Positions 1 through 9,122 of a DNA stretch of 61,038 nt are shown piece by piece. Each line of letters begins with the position of its first letter. Positions within the stretch are counted from its first letter, which is position 1. The notes beneath the pieces were generated by a model. The model did no database searches. It saw only the letters and a list, made by a program, of their open reading frames with translations, and was not told the origin of the DNA. The position numbers were made by a program, and so were the translations under genes. This DNA is from an uncultured Bacilli bacterium (GTDB lineage Bacteria; Bacillota_I; Bacilli_A; RF39; UBA660), in the NCBI GenBank assembly GCA_934101865.1, contig CAKOSA010000004.1, forward strand, positions 1 to 61,038, in the 5' to 3' direction.

Positions 1-237
1 GGAATGAGTATTGCTCTTAATAAGGTTAAGGGTATATATTGTGCTAAGGTTAGTAATGTAAGCGAAGCTATACTTAGCAAAAGTCATAATGATGCTAATG
101 TTATTGCGTTATCTGAGGATATAGAAGGAGACCAACTTAAAGAGATTATAGTTAGTTTTATTGATACACCTTTTTCTAATGTTAATAAGTATATAATTAG
201 AAATAATAAGATTAAGGATATGGAGAATAATGGTTAA
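1..237 (+). CDS. rpiB: Sugar-phosphate isomerase, RpiB/LacA/LacB family, C-terminal fragment (5' end outside window)
   Basis: ORF is open to the window edge. Translation SIALNKVKGIYCA...SKSHNDANVIALS resembles the conserved MSIAANK...HNDANVL core of RpiB-type isomerases. Confidence 0.65.
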   Translation, partial: GMSIALNKVKGIYCAKVSNVSEAILSKSHNDANVIALSEDIEGDQLKEIIVSFIDTPFSNVNKYIIRNNKIKDMENNG

Positions 238-418
238 GTTTATTATCTATATATTGGTTATTCCTCTTGTTATATGGAGTTTCGATGCTGTTAATTTGAA
301 TGGTATTTTTAAGAAAAATAGGTATACGCAAAGTAGATTTTTCTATATGATTTTGTGTTTTTGTATATCATATTTGTTTACTAATTTTTTATATGATTTT
401 TTGACGGCTTTGAAATGA
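230..418 (+). CDS. Small two-helix membrane protein, DUF1146/YwzB-like
   Basis: 62 aa with two hydrophobic helices separated by FKKNRYTQSR. Resembles Bacillus YwzB, which also lies near spoIID. Start overlaps the upstream ORF end. Confidence 0.5.
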   Translation: MVKFIIYILVIPLVIWSFDAVNLNGIFKKNRYTQSRFFYMILCFCISYLFTNFLYDFLTALK

Positions 419-559
419 TTTAGGATTAAAAATTAACAATATTTTCATAGTAAAATTTAGGTTGTGTTGAACTCAACTAGGGGTTTAGTTAGGTCAACTC
501 CCTGGTTATTTACTTAATTGTAGAAATATGTATAATTAAGTTAGAAGGGATAAAAAAAG

Positions 560-1240
560 ATGAAAAAGAAAATATTGTTAATTTTATTTATAATAGTGGG
601 AACCGTAGGAGTAGTTACTTACAATGTAAAGGGAAAAGAACTTGATGATGCAATGAAGTTTAAAAAAGAATATGAAAGTTTTAATGGAAAGAAGAATGAT
701 TATTTTAAATATAGAAATTTGTCTATAAGTGAGAAAAATCCATTTATTTATACAACTGCTGAGGATATTGTAAAAAGGATTGAAAAGAAAGAAACCTTTA
801 TCGTGTATTTTGGTGATCCCGAATGTCCTTGGTGCCGAAGTGTTATAGAACAAGCAGTAAAATCTGCTAACGATAATAATGTTAATAAAATATATTATGT
901 TAAAATGTGGGATGGCTTTCATAATGAGAAGTTAAGGGATGTCTATGAATTAGAAAATGATAAGCCTGTACTTAAAAGTAAGGGTACAGATGCTTATTAT
1001 AAGTTACTCAATTATTTTGGTGATTTATTAGAAGATTATACATTAACGGATGAAAGTGGTAACTCAGTGAACGTTGGTGAAAAAAGAATATTTGCTCCTA
1101 ATTTTATATTAGTAGAAAATGGTGAAACTAAAAAGGTAATACAGGGAATATCAGAAAAGCAACAGAGTTATAATTCAGAGTTAAATACGGAAATAATAAA
1201 TGATGAAAAGAGTATTTTTGATAATTTCTATAAAAAATAA
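560..1240 (+). CDS. Membrane-anchored thioredoxin-fold protein (CPWC active site)
   Basis: N-terminal hydrophobic anchor (ILLILFIIVGTVGVV). FGDPECPWCRS is a CxxC thioredoxin-like motif. Confidence 0.6.
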   Translation: MKKKILLILFIIVGTVGVVTYNVKGKELDDAMKFKKEYESFNGKKNDYFKYRNLSISEKNPFIYTTAEDIVKRIEKKETFIVYFGDPECPWCRSVIEQAVKSANDNNVNKIYYVKMWDGFHNEKLRDVYELENDKPVLKSKGTDAYYKLLNYFGDLLEDYTLTDESGNSVNVGEKRIFAPNFILVENGETKKVIQGISEKQQSYNSELNTEIINDEKSIFDNFYKK

Positions 1241-1346
1241 ATTTATATCTATTATAAATGTTAAAGGGGTTCTGTCAGAAAGATATTTAGATTTTGACAG
1301 TCCTTTTTTGACATTTATTTTATTTTGGAGGTGATAATATTTAATT

Positions 1347-2267
1347 ATGAGAAAGTTAATTTTATTTATTTTGCTCATTTTATTTTTACCACTTATTATT
1401 GTTTATTGTTCTCCTTCGGAGGATACGATTGAACTTAAACTTAATTATGGAAGTGATAAGTTAATTAGAGTTAAAAGAGTAGATAGTGGAAATATTGATA
1501 ATATTGGCTTAGAAGAATATATTGTTGGTGTTTTAGCTGGGGAAATGCCTATTTATTTTGAATTAGAAGCACTTAAAGCACAGGCTGTTGCGGCTCGAAG
1601 TTATGCTTTGAAAAGAATGGAATATAATAAAAATAATGAATATGATGTTGTGGATTCTATTATGAATCAGGTATATTTAGATAGAGATTATTTAAAGGAG
1701 GCGTGGGGAAGTAGTTATACGAGTAATATTAATAAGTTAATTAGGGCAGTTAATGAGACTAGTGGAGAATACTTGGATTATGATGGTGGTATTGCTGATG
1801 CTTTATTTTTCTCTACTAGTAATGGATATACTGAAAACTCTGATGTTGTGTTTTCGTTTGATGTACCGTATTTAAAGAGTGTTGATAGTAAATGGGATGA
1901 AAGTGTTTCTAGTGTGTTTCATAGCAGTATTACAATTTCTGTAAGTGATTTTTTACAGAAAATGAAAATTAGTAATAGTGATAAGGTGGTTTTTAGTGAT
2001 ATTGTTAAGAGTGATACAGGGAGAGTAATTAGTATAAATATTAATGGTGTAGATTTTAAGGGGATGGATGTTTATAATAATTTGGGGTTAAAATCACTTG
2101 ACTTTTCTTTGGAACAAGTTGGTAGTAATGTTGTTATTAATACAAGTGGTTATGGTCATGGTGTTGGTATGAGTCAGTATGGAGCATTGGGAATGGCTAA
2201 GAATGGATATAATTATAGGGATATACTATTTCATTATTATACGGGAGTAACAATAAAAAAAATATAA
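1347..2267 (+). CDS. spoIID: Stage II sporulation protein D (lytic transglycosylase)
   Basis: Signal/anchor helix plus motifs LKAQAVAARSYAL, ALFFSTSNGYTEN and GHGVGMSQYGA typical of SpoIID. Synteny with spoIIID and mbl. Confidence 0.85.
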   Translation: MRKLILFILLILFLPLIIVYCSPSEDTIELKLNYGSDKLIRVKRVDSGNIDNIGLEEYIVGVLAGEMPIYFELEALKAQAVAARSYALKRMEYNKNNEYDVVDSIMNQVYLDRDYLKEAWGSSYTSNINKLIRAVNETSGEYLDYDGGIADALFFSTSNGYTENSDVVFSFDVPYLKSVDSKWDESVSSVFHSSITISVSDFLQKMKISNSDKVVFSDIVKSDTGRVISININGVDFKGMDVYNNLGLKSLDFSLEQVGSNVVINTSGYGHGVGMSQYGALGMAKNGYNYRDILFHYYTGVTIKKI

Positions 2268-2330
2268 AAAAAATAAATTTTATGTATAGTTTTAAAAAAA
2301 GTGCTGATACTTATAGTAGAGGTGAAAACA

Positions 2331-2972
2331 ATGATTAAAAAAAGATTAAAGGATGCAATGGTTCCTGGTATGTATTTAATAGTAATAGCACTTTTTATAG
2401 TTTGTTTATTTATGATTAATGATGTAGTAAAAGGATTTATACTAAAAGATAATAGTGGTGGTAAAATGGTAGATGATGAAATAGTTAATACTGATAATAG
2501 TTATATTCCTGTGGTAGCAAGTGATCCGGAAATAATTAAACCGTTTATGAATGAGGGAGTTAGTGTATATAAGGATTTTTATGATTATAAAGGTGAGTCT
2601 TCTGGACAGGAAAAGGCAATAATTTACTATGGGAATACATATATTCAAAATTCAGGCATAGATTATAAAGGGGATGCTTCGTTTGATGTAATTAGTATAC
2701 TAGATGGTACGGTTACAAGAGTAGAAGAAAATGAGATGCTTGGGACTACTGTTGAGATTAGACATAGTGCTGATATTGTTAGTGTTTATCAAGGTGTTAG
2801 TGATGTTTCTGTTAAAAAGGATGAAGTTGTGAAGCAAGGTCAAAAGATTGCTGTTAGTGGTAAGAGTAAAATTTATAGTGATGTTGAAAATGGACTTCAT
2901 TTTGAGATTAGTCATAATGGAATGATTGTTAATCCTAGTGAATACTTTAACAAGACTTTAAAAGATTTGTAG
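2331..2972 (+). CDS. spoIIQ: SpoIIQ-like membrane-anchored LytM/M23-domain protein
   Basis: ATG at 2331 follows AGAGGTG. N-terminal TM helix, then an M23-like C-terminus (GLHFEISHNG). The HxGxD motif reads NSGID (Ser in place of His), as I recall for B. subtilis SpoIIQ. Sits between spoIID and spoIIID. Confidence 0.6.
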   Translation: MIKKRLKDAMVPGMYLIVIALFIVCLFMINDVVKGFILKDNSGGKMVDDEIVNTDNSYIPVVASDPEIIKPFMNEGVSVYKDFYDYKGESSGQEKAIIYYGNTYIQNSGIDYKGDASFDVISILDGTVTRVEENEMLGTTVEIRHSADIVSVYQGVSDVSVKKDEVVKQGQKIAVSGKSKIYSDVENGLHFEISHNGMIVNPSEYFNKTLKDL

Positions 2973-3043
2973 GTATTTGCCTACTTTTTTCTTAATATAA
3001 TGTAGTATAAACTATCTTGCTTTTAAATGGAAAGGGTGAAATT

Positions 3044-3295
3044 GTGGATAAGAGAATAATGGATAGGGTTTTAAAAGAAAGTAGTTATATATTAGATACT
3101 GGTGATACGATTAGACAGATAGCAGAGGTTTTTGGTGTTAGTAAGAGTACGGTTCATAAAGATTTAAATGAGAGGCTTCTTAATATTGATTATGATATAT
3201 ATAAGGAAGTAAATAAGGTTCTTATGTACCATACTTTGATAAGACATATTAGAGGTGGAGAGTCTACTAGACAAAAATTTTTAGAAAAAGGATAG
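3044..3295 (+). CDS. spoIIID: Stage III sporulation transcription factor SpoIIID
   Basis: GTG at 3044 follows GGGTGA. IRQIAEVFGVSKSTVHKDLNERL and HIRGGESTRQKF closely match the SpoIIID HTH and C-terminal motifs. Confidence 0.85.
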   Translation: MDKRIMDRVLKESSYILDTGDTIRQIAEVFGVSKSTVHKDLNERLLNIDYDIYKEVNKVLMYHTLIRHIRGGESTRQKFLEKG

Positions 3296-3357
3296 AAAAA
3301 TACTATTAAAAAGAGGTAAAATGTGGTAAAATAGTAAATAAAGGTGTGTGAATAGAT

Positions 3358-4356
3358 ATGTTTAATATGTTTAATAAAGATATTGGAATAGATTTAGGGA
3401 CCGCTAATGTACTTATATATATAAAAGGACAAGGTATTGTACTTAATGAACCTAGTGTTGTGGCTATTGATTCAGAGACTAAGAAACCGCTTGCTGTTGG
3501 TACGGAGGCTCACGAGATGCTTGGTAGAACTCCAGGAAAAGTAAAAGCAATTAAGCCTATGAAGGATGGGGTTATTGCTGATTATGATACAACGGAGTTA
3601 ATGCTTAACTATTTTATTAAAAAGGTTAATGGTAAAAGTTTCTTTTGTAGACCGAGGATTCTTATATGTTGCCCTTCTAATATTACGCAAGTAGAGAAGA
3701 ATGCTATTAAAGAAGCAGCGGAAAGAACGGGAGCTAAGAAGGTCTTTTTGGAAGAGGAGCCTAAGGTGGCTGCAATTGGGGCTGGAATGGACATTTCCAA
3801 ACCTAGTGGTAATATGGTTATTGATATTGGTGGTGGTACTACTGATATAGCTATTTTGTCATTAGGGGGAATAGTTAATAGTACTTCGATTAGAATAGCT
3901 GGTAATGCTTTTGATAATGATATTGTTAAGTATATAAAAGATAAGTATAAACTTTTAGTTGGGGAGAGAACGGCGGAAGAGATTAAAATTAGGATAGGAA
4001 CGGTTTTTCCTGGTAATAGAAATGACAAGATGGAAGTTAGAGGTAGAGATTTAGTTACGGGGCTTCCTCATACTATAACGCTTACTAGTGATGAAGTAGA
4101 GGAAGGGTTGAGAGAGAGTATTTATACAATAATTCACGCTATTAAGGGAATACTTGAACAAACTCCACCTGAACTTGCAGCAGATATTATTGATAAGGGT
4201 ATTGTTATTACTGGTGGAGGTTCTCTTGTTGATGGATTTAATTTACTTCTTGCTCAGGAGTTAAAGGTTCCTGTATTTGTTGCGGAAAGTCCACTTACTT
4301 GTGTTGCTGAGGGAACAGGAGTGCTTTTGGATAATATATATATGATAGAGAGGTAA
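3358..4356 (+). CDS. mbl: MreB-family actin-like rod-shape protein (Mbl-like by synteny)
   Basis: Motifs DIGIDLGTANVLIY, MVIDIGGGTTDIAILSLGG and GIVITGGGSLV are classic MreB phosphate and adenosine motifs. Lies immediately downstream of spoIIID, as in Bacillus. Confidence 0.9.
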   Translation: MFNMFNKDIGIDLGTANVLIYIKGQGIVLNEPSVVAIDSETKKPLAVGTEAHEMLGRTPGKVKAIKPMKDGVIADYDTTELMLNYFIKKVNGKSFFCRPRILICCPSNITQVEKNAIKEAAERTGAKKVFLEEEPKVAAIGAGMDISKPSGNMVIDIGGGTTDIAILSLGGIVNSTSIRIAGNAFDNDIVKYIKDKYKLLVGERTAEEIKIRIGTVFPGNRNDKMEVRGRDLVTGLPHTITLTSDEVEEGLRESIYTIIHAIKGILEQTPPELAADIIDKGIVITGGGSLVDGFNLLLAQELKVPVFVAESPLTCVAEGTGVLLDNIYMIER

Positions 4357-4372
4357 TTATCCTCTTTTTTTT
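4349..4372 (+). terminator. Intrinsic terminator after mbl
   Basis: AGAGG (4349-4353) pairs with CCTCT (4361-4365). A 7-nt loop contains the stop codon, followed by T7. Confidence 0.6.
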
Positions 4373-4374
4373 AT

Positions 4375-4460
4375 AAAGTGGTGCCAAAAACGTGATGATT
4401 ATTATTAAAAGTGGTGCCAAAAACGTGGTAATTAGTAAAAAAAGTGGTGCCAAAAACGTG
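4375..4460. repeat. Three perfect 20-bp direct repeats (AAAGTGGTGCCAAAAACGTG) with 33-bp periodicity
   Basis: Copies at 4375-4394, 4408-4427 and 4441-4460, separated by 13-nt AT-rich spacers. Located between the ends of two convergent genes. Confidence 0.9.
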
Positions 4461-4491
4461 ATTAGATGTTAAAATGCTAAAAAAGTAATGG

Positions 4492-4920
4492 TTATTCATT
4501 GATAAAGCCATTACTTTTTAATTTAGAAATTAATTTATCAGTACTTACATTACCTTCTATGCGGTTAACAGCAGTCTTTTCTTTACCATCGTTTATAAAC
4601 AAAGTTGTTGGTGTTCCATTATAAGCATATTCTGTTTTAAATTTCTTTTGATCATCTGCGGTAAGTTTATCCACTTCTAGATAGTAAGTTTTAATCTTGT
4701 ATTTGTTTACAACTTTTTTTACTTTTGGTTTATATGCATCACAATTTGAACAAGTTGTTTGTGATATTATAAAGATAAAAGTTTCTTTATTATCTAGTTT
4801 CTTTTGTAAATCAGTATATGTAATTGGTTGCATATAGTTTTTGTTAGTAATAGTAAGTATAATTGGTACTATTATTATTAGTAGTATAATACCTATTAAA
4901 ATCATATATTTTTTGTTCAT
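4492..4920 (-). CDS. Membrane-anchored thioredoxin-like protein (CSNC active site), Bta/TlpA-like
   Basis: N-terminal TM helix, IISQTTCSNCDAYKP CxxC motif and a GTPTTLFI cis-Pro loop. Close paralog of 15614-16093. Confidence 0.65.
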   Translation of the reverse strand: MNKKYMILIGIILLIIIVPIILTITNKNYMQPITYTDLQKKLDNKETFIFIISQTTCSNCDAYKPKVKKVVNKYKIKTYYLEVDKLTADDQKKFKTEYAYNGTPTTLFINDGKEKTAVNRIEGNVSTDKLISKLKSNGFINE

Positions 4921-5187
4921 TTAATTCACCTTCTATTATAAGTATACTACAAAATATTTAAATTTGTAAAGTTTAGATTTCAGTTTTTCAAAAAATGTTT
5001 CTAAATATATGCAAATTTTATATAATAATAGCAATTTTGATGTTTATTAATTGAGGTTCACATCAAAGATTTAGGTTTTTTCTTTTAGGTATTACCCAAG
5101 TTTATATACATAAAAGTATACATTTTTACGTTTATTTAATTTTTGAATAAAAAAATTAATAAAAGTCTTTCCTTTTTTTTCAAAAAA

Positions 5188-5196
5188 TGATATACT
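5188..5196 (+). promoter_or_regulatory. Candidate extended -10 promoter of the pilus-like operon
   Basis: TGATATACT (TGnTATACT) lies about 30 nt upstream of the first ATG (5225). No good -35 element. Confidence 0.4.
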
Positions 5197-5224
5197 TGTG
5201 ATAGTAGACTAGTGGGAGGTGTTT

Positions 5225-5884
5225 ATGAAAAAGATATTATTTTGTATCAGTTTATTTGTTTTTGGATTAAGCACTGTATATTGTGATTGCACAGATAGTG
5301 ATGTGGAACAATATAAGAAAGAAGCTAGTAGTATTAATGTAAGCTATGAGAGAGATAAAGATGCAACAGATGCGTTTGATGCTCCTGTATATGATGCTTA
5401 TATAGTTACAATTAAGAATTTATATGATAATTATTACATAGAAGATAATAAGTCAGGAATTAAAATAGGTAAAGATTATTTATATGAGGGTGAAACGGCT
5501 GAAAATAATACTTATGTTAGCGATGCTTTAAGTAGTGGTGTTAAAAAACTTAAAGTTTATCATAATGGATGTAGTACCGTAATAAAGACTATTGAACTTA
5601 AACTTCCAGTTTATAATGTTTATAATGAAGATCCTTTGTGTGATAATGTAAATAAGAGTAATGTTAAGGTTTGTGATAAATGGTTAGAGAATCAAATTAC
5701 TTATGAAGAATTTTATAATGAAGTTAGTAAATATAAAGAGGAAAATAATACTAATAAAAATTTTACTAATAATGTATTAGATTTCTTTAAAAATAATTAC
5801 ATAACAGTTATAGTTGCAGTATTAATATTTGCTTTGATAGTGGTACTTGCTTCTGTTATAAAGAAGAAGAGGCCGGTAGTATGA
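5225..5884 (+). CDS. Secreted, C-terminally membrane-anchored protein (first gene of pilus-like operon)
   Basis: GGGAGG RBS. Signal peptide (ILFCISLFVFGLSTVYC), several Cys, a C-terminal TM helix followed by KKKRPVV. Stop overlaps the next start (ATGA). Confidence 0.6.
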   Translation: MKKILFCISLFVFGLSTVYCDCTDSDVEQYKKEASSINVSYERDKDATDAFDAPVYDAYIVTIKNLYDNYYIEDNKSGIKIGKDYLYEGETAENNTYVSDALSSGVKKLKVYHNGCSTVIKTIELKLPVYNVYNEDPLCDNVNKSNVKVCDKWLENQITYEEFYNEVSKYKEENNTNKNFTNNVLDFFKNNYITVIVAVLIFALIVVLASVIKKKRPVV

Positions 5885-8217
5885 AGAAGAAATTAGTATA
5901 TTTAAGTATATTGTTTATAGGACTATTTGTTATGGGTAATGACGATGTGTATGCTTATCAAAAGGGAGCTATAAGTTACGATATAGAAAGTATGGATGTT
6001 TCTAATGATAGAATTACTTTTAGTGGTTGGGCCATAGTTCACGATGTTAATAACGTTGGTGGAGTTTCGACAAAAATTTCAATAGTAGCTACTGATGGTA
6101 CAAATAGTATAAAGAAGGAATCAAATGGTTATAAAGAAAATAATTTGTATTTGGGATTGTGCAATAATGACTCAAATTACAAATGTACGGCGGAATATTT
6201 GAATACTTGTCATAGTGGTGCAAGTTCAAATTCACAATATGAAAAAAGTTGTATATATCGTAATGTGGCTTTTTCTATATCTTTTAGTATAAAGGAACTT
6301 AAAGAAAAATTTAATACAAGCAATATTAAATTTAGATTACAGGTAGATTATAATGAAAGCTGTAAAGTTAATTCAAGTTTGAAAACTTATTCGGGAATAT
6401 ATAACAAAGGAAGAATGAATACAGGTGCTAAAAGTTTTGGGATTACTTGTGGTGATGGTAATTATAAATCTAGTTCAACTTTACTTGGAGTTCATACTAA
6501 TGTTGTAAAAAAGGATGGGTCAAATGCTAATGTTGTTAACGGTAAATTAGAAATTAATAAAGGTTATTATTTTGCTATTAGAGATATAAGTGATAATGTA
6601 AATATTATAGATAGTGATAATAAAGTTCAAAAGTCATCTGGTGTAAAACACAATCCACAATTTTATTTTAGATCCGGTGCAAATGTTATAAATCCTAATA
6701 TGCCAATTACCTATAGTAATACTTATCAGGTTAAATTGTATGCAATTAAAGGCTATGGAAAAAATGGAAATACCTATGCTTTAGCATCTTGGCTTGAAAC
6801 GGTTGGTGATATAACTTTACAATTTGAACCTAAGGAAGATGATATACCTGAAATTGTTTCCAATTGTCCTGTTAATAGAAAAGAGTTAGGTGGAGCTTGT
6901 GTTTGGGATAATAGTACTAATAAGGGAAGATCAAATACAACTACTGTAAATTATAATGGTACTACTTGTAAGACATATAGTTCCGAAGTTCATTATCAGA
7001 GTAAATATAGTTCAAGGCAATGTATGGGCAGAGGTGTTTATGAAGAAATTAATGGTGGATATTATTTAAAGAGTTCTATTAGTTCGACTGTTAACTTTAC
7101 TCAAAAGGGGACACTTACATATATGCTTGGTCCTAATACAATTCATTCTGGTGGAGCAACTCAGTTTTCTGTAACTTATACAAATGATTTTAGTTGGGCT
7201 TATAAAGATAGGTATTATTATAATGGTTTTTCCTCAGGTATACATTTTAATGACTATACTGATTATTATGGATATACTACTTGTGGTTTATATAGTTGTA
7301 CTGATCATTGCGATCCTGTTAATGTTTCCGCTTCGGAAATAGCTGGTAGAATTCGTGGAGGAGAGAGTTTCCTAAATAAGGATAAAAAAGTAGTTAGAAG
7401 TGGCGAAGAGATTATAGAGACTTATACTGCTAATGATTATGATAAGAACTTCTTGGGAACATTAAATTCTTCTTATTCAATTGGTGTTCCGGCTAATGAT
7501 ATTCAAGGATATTGGACAGGTACTAATGCTAGTATAGGAACTAGATGGAATGGAAGTAATTTACATAGTACATATATATTTAATTTATATGATGCTTATA
7601 TAAATAGAGTAGATGGTACTGTTACCTATAATAATTCTGGTAATAATATTTACAGTGATGAAGAGGATAATGAATATTTATATAGACCTAAAAATTATTT
7701 TATACCGCTAGATTTTTATACAGGAAAATATAATTTTAAGTTTAGTATAAGTGATTTAAGTTCTATGCGTGGTGGAAGTAATGATTTATTCAAATGGACT
7801 AATAATTATACTTGTGATGTTAACTGTGAACAGAAATTTTATGGTAAGAAAGATGGATATTATTTTAAGTATAGACCTATTGATTTGAACAATGTGTTCC
7901 CACGTAATAATGCTGGATTTCAGTGGCGTCAATGGATGGAAAGTGACCCTATTGGGGTTACAAAAGTAAAAAGTAATGGTACTCTTGTTCTAGATGATGA
8001 AAAGGAACTTAATTTAGAGACTAGTCTTAACGAGGATAGAATGAATGAAATAAGAAAATATAATAATGATACAGAGCATTTAGGAGGATACCTTAATGAT
8101 AGCATTGACTTAAATGGTAAGAGTAATTTCTTGGAGAAGTATACCTATACTGTTAGTGGTGGTAATTATAAATTAGGTTGTGGTTCTCTTAACGAAGGTC
8201 GAGGTGAGTGTCAATAA
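5881..8217 (+). CDS. Large secreted cysteine-rich protein (candidate pilus-associated adhesin or tip protein)
   Basis: 778 aa with signal peptide ending VYA-YQ and about 20 Cys, often in close pairs (TTCGLYSCTDHCDP, YTCDVNCEQ, LGCGSLNEGRGECQ). Translationally coupled on both sides. Confidence 0.6.
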   Translation: MKKKLVYLSILFIGLFVMGNDDVYAYQKGAISYDIESMDVSNDRITFSGWAIVHDVNNVGGVSTKISIVATDGTNSIKKESNGYKENNLYLGLCNNDSNYKCTAEYLNTCHSGASSNSQYEKSCIYRNVAFSISFSIKELKEKFNTSNIKFRLQVDYNESCKVNSSLKTYSGIYNKGRMNTGAKSFGITCGDGNYKSSSTLLGVHTNVVKKDGSNANVVNGKLEINKGYYFAIRDISDNVNIIDSDNKVQKSSGVKHNPQFYFRSGANVINPNMPITYSNTYQVKLYAIKGYGKNGNTYALASWLETVGDITLQFEPKEDDIPEIVSNCPVNRKELGGACVWDNSTNKGRSNTTTVNYNGTTCKTYSSEVHYQSKYSSRQCMGRGVYEEINGGYYLKSSISSTVNFTQKGTLTYMLGPNTIHSGGATQFSVTYTNDFSWAYKDRYYYNGFSSGIHFNDYTDYYGYTTCGLYSCTDHCDPVNVSASEIAGRIRGGESFLNKDKKVVRSGEEIIETYTANDYDKNFLGTLNSSYSIGVPANDIQGYWTGTNASIGTRWNGSNLHSTYIFNLYDAYINRVDGTVTYNNSGNNIYSDEEDNEYLYRPKNYFIPLDFYTGKYNFKFSISDLSSMRGGSNDLFKWTNNYTCDVNCEQKFYGKKDGYYFKYRPIDLNNVFPRNNAGFQWRQWMESDPIGVTKVKSNGTLVLDDEKELNLETSLNEDRMNEIRKYNNDTEHLGGYLNDSIDLNGKSNFLEKYTYTVSGGNYKLGCGSLNEGRGECQ

Positions 8218-9101
8218 TGAGATGGTCATATTCGATAGTGGCAGTTATAATATTGGGGTTGTTTAGTTTATTTATATTATTCTTATTCGAAGAGGCAACA
8301 GTTGCTAATGAACAAGATTATTATAATTTAAAAGAAACAACCGAGGCAGCGATGTATGAAGCCGTTGATGTTGCTTATTATAGGGATACAGGAAATATTA
8401 AGATAATTCAGGAAAAGTTTATTGAAAGTTTTTTAAGAAGATTTGCCCAGAATCAAAAATTAGACAATTATAATGTACAATTTTACGATATAATGGAAGA
8501 GCCTGCTAAGGTTACTATAAAAGTAAGTAATGATACAGATTCTTATAACATTTATGGTAGTAGATCACAAGTTAGAGTTGTTAATAAATTGTCGGCTATA
8601 TTAGATACTCCAGATGATGAATTTTTCAGTAATGGAAGTGATAGCTGTACAAGAATAAGAGTTATTTACTCAGCCCCTTGGGGAGAACCTACACCAAATG
8701 GATCTAGTAGACATTATAGTGGTTCGTTTGAATTAAATGACTGGAATGGATATAAGGCAACGAGCATAACTTATGTAGGCAGTTGGAGAACTAGTATTGG
8801 TTCTAATAACAATATTTTAGTTGCATCTAAGTTAATGGATACTTATGAAAGTACTAAAAGTGATGTCTTTAAGAGTTACAGTGATAGTAATTATAATGGT
8901 GTTGTAAGGTCAAACTTTCAGGTTGGGGCTTTTGCTAATATTAGTAATATGAATACTGCGGTTAGTGGTAATAATGTAACGACATCGTTTGATTATAGTT
9001 GTGATGTTAGTATGGGTGCAATGGTAAATGGTCAAGAGAAAGAAATTTGTATGCTTGGTACTATGTACCGAGTTGAATATAAGAAAGATAATTGTAATTA
9101 G
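8217..9101 (+). CDS. TadG-like / pseudopilin-like protein with N-terminal hydrophobic helix
   Basis: ATG overlaps the upstream TAA (TAATG). MRWSYSIVAVIILGLFSLFILFLFEEATV... resembles TadE/TadG-type N-termini. The rest is predicted extracellular. Confidence 0.45.
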   Translation: MRWSYSIVAVIILGLFSLFILFLFEEATVANEQDYYNLKETTEAAMYEAVDVAYYRDTGNIKIIQEKFIESFLRRFAQNQKLDNYNVQFYDIMEEPAKVTIKVSNDTDSYNIYGSRSQVRVVNKLSAILDTPDDEFFSNGSDSCTRIRVIYSAPWGEPTPNGSSRHYSGSFELNDWNGYKATSITYVGSWRTSIGSNNNILVASKLMDTYESTKSDVFKSYSDSNYNGVVRSNFQVGAFANISNMNTAVSGNNVTTSFDYSCDVSMGAMVNGQEKEICMLGTMYRVEYKKDNCN

Positions 9102-9122
9102 AAAAGAAAGGAAGGAAGAAAA

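Noticed and set aside
584-922. Antisense and alternate-frame ORFs from the six-frame track. Examples: 584-922(-), 2442-2648(-), 3609-4028(-), 11064-11396(-), 13595-13894(-), 20164-21060(-), 21442-21876(-), 36798-37139(-), 52088-52666(-), 58137-58520(-), and many others inside polC and the phage genes.
   Set aside because: They lie entirely within strongly supported genes on the other strand or frame. They have low-complexity I/L/F/N/S-rich translations typical of AT-rich antisense frames. They lack ribosome-binding sites.
4375-4460. Possible mini-CRISPR array (three identical repeats with unique spacers).
   Set aside because: The repeats are only 20 nt, the spacers only 13 nt, and there are only three copies. 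No leader or cas genes are present. The geometry fits protein-binding iterons better.
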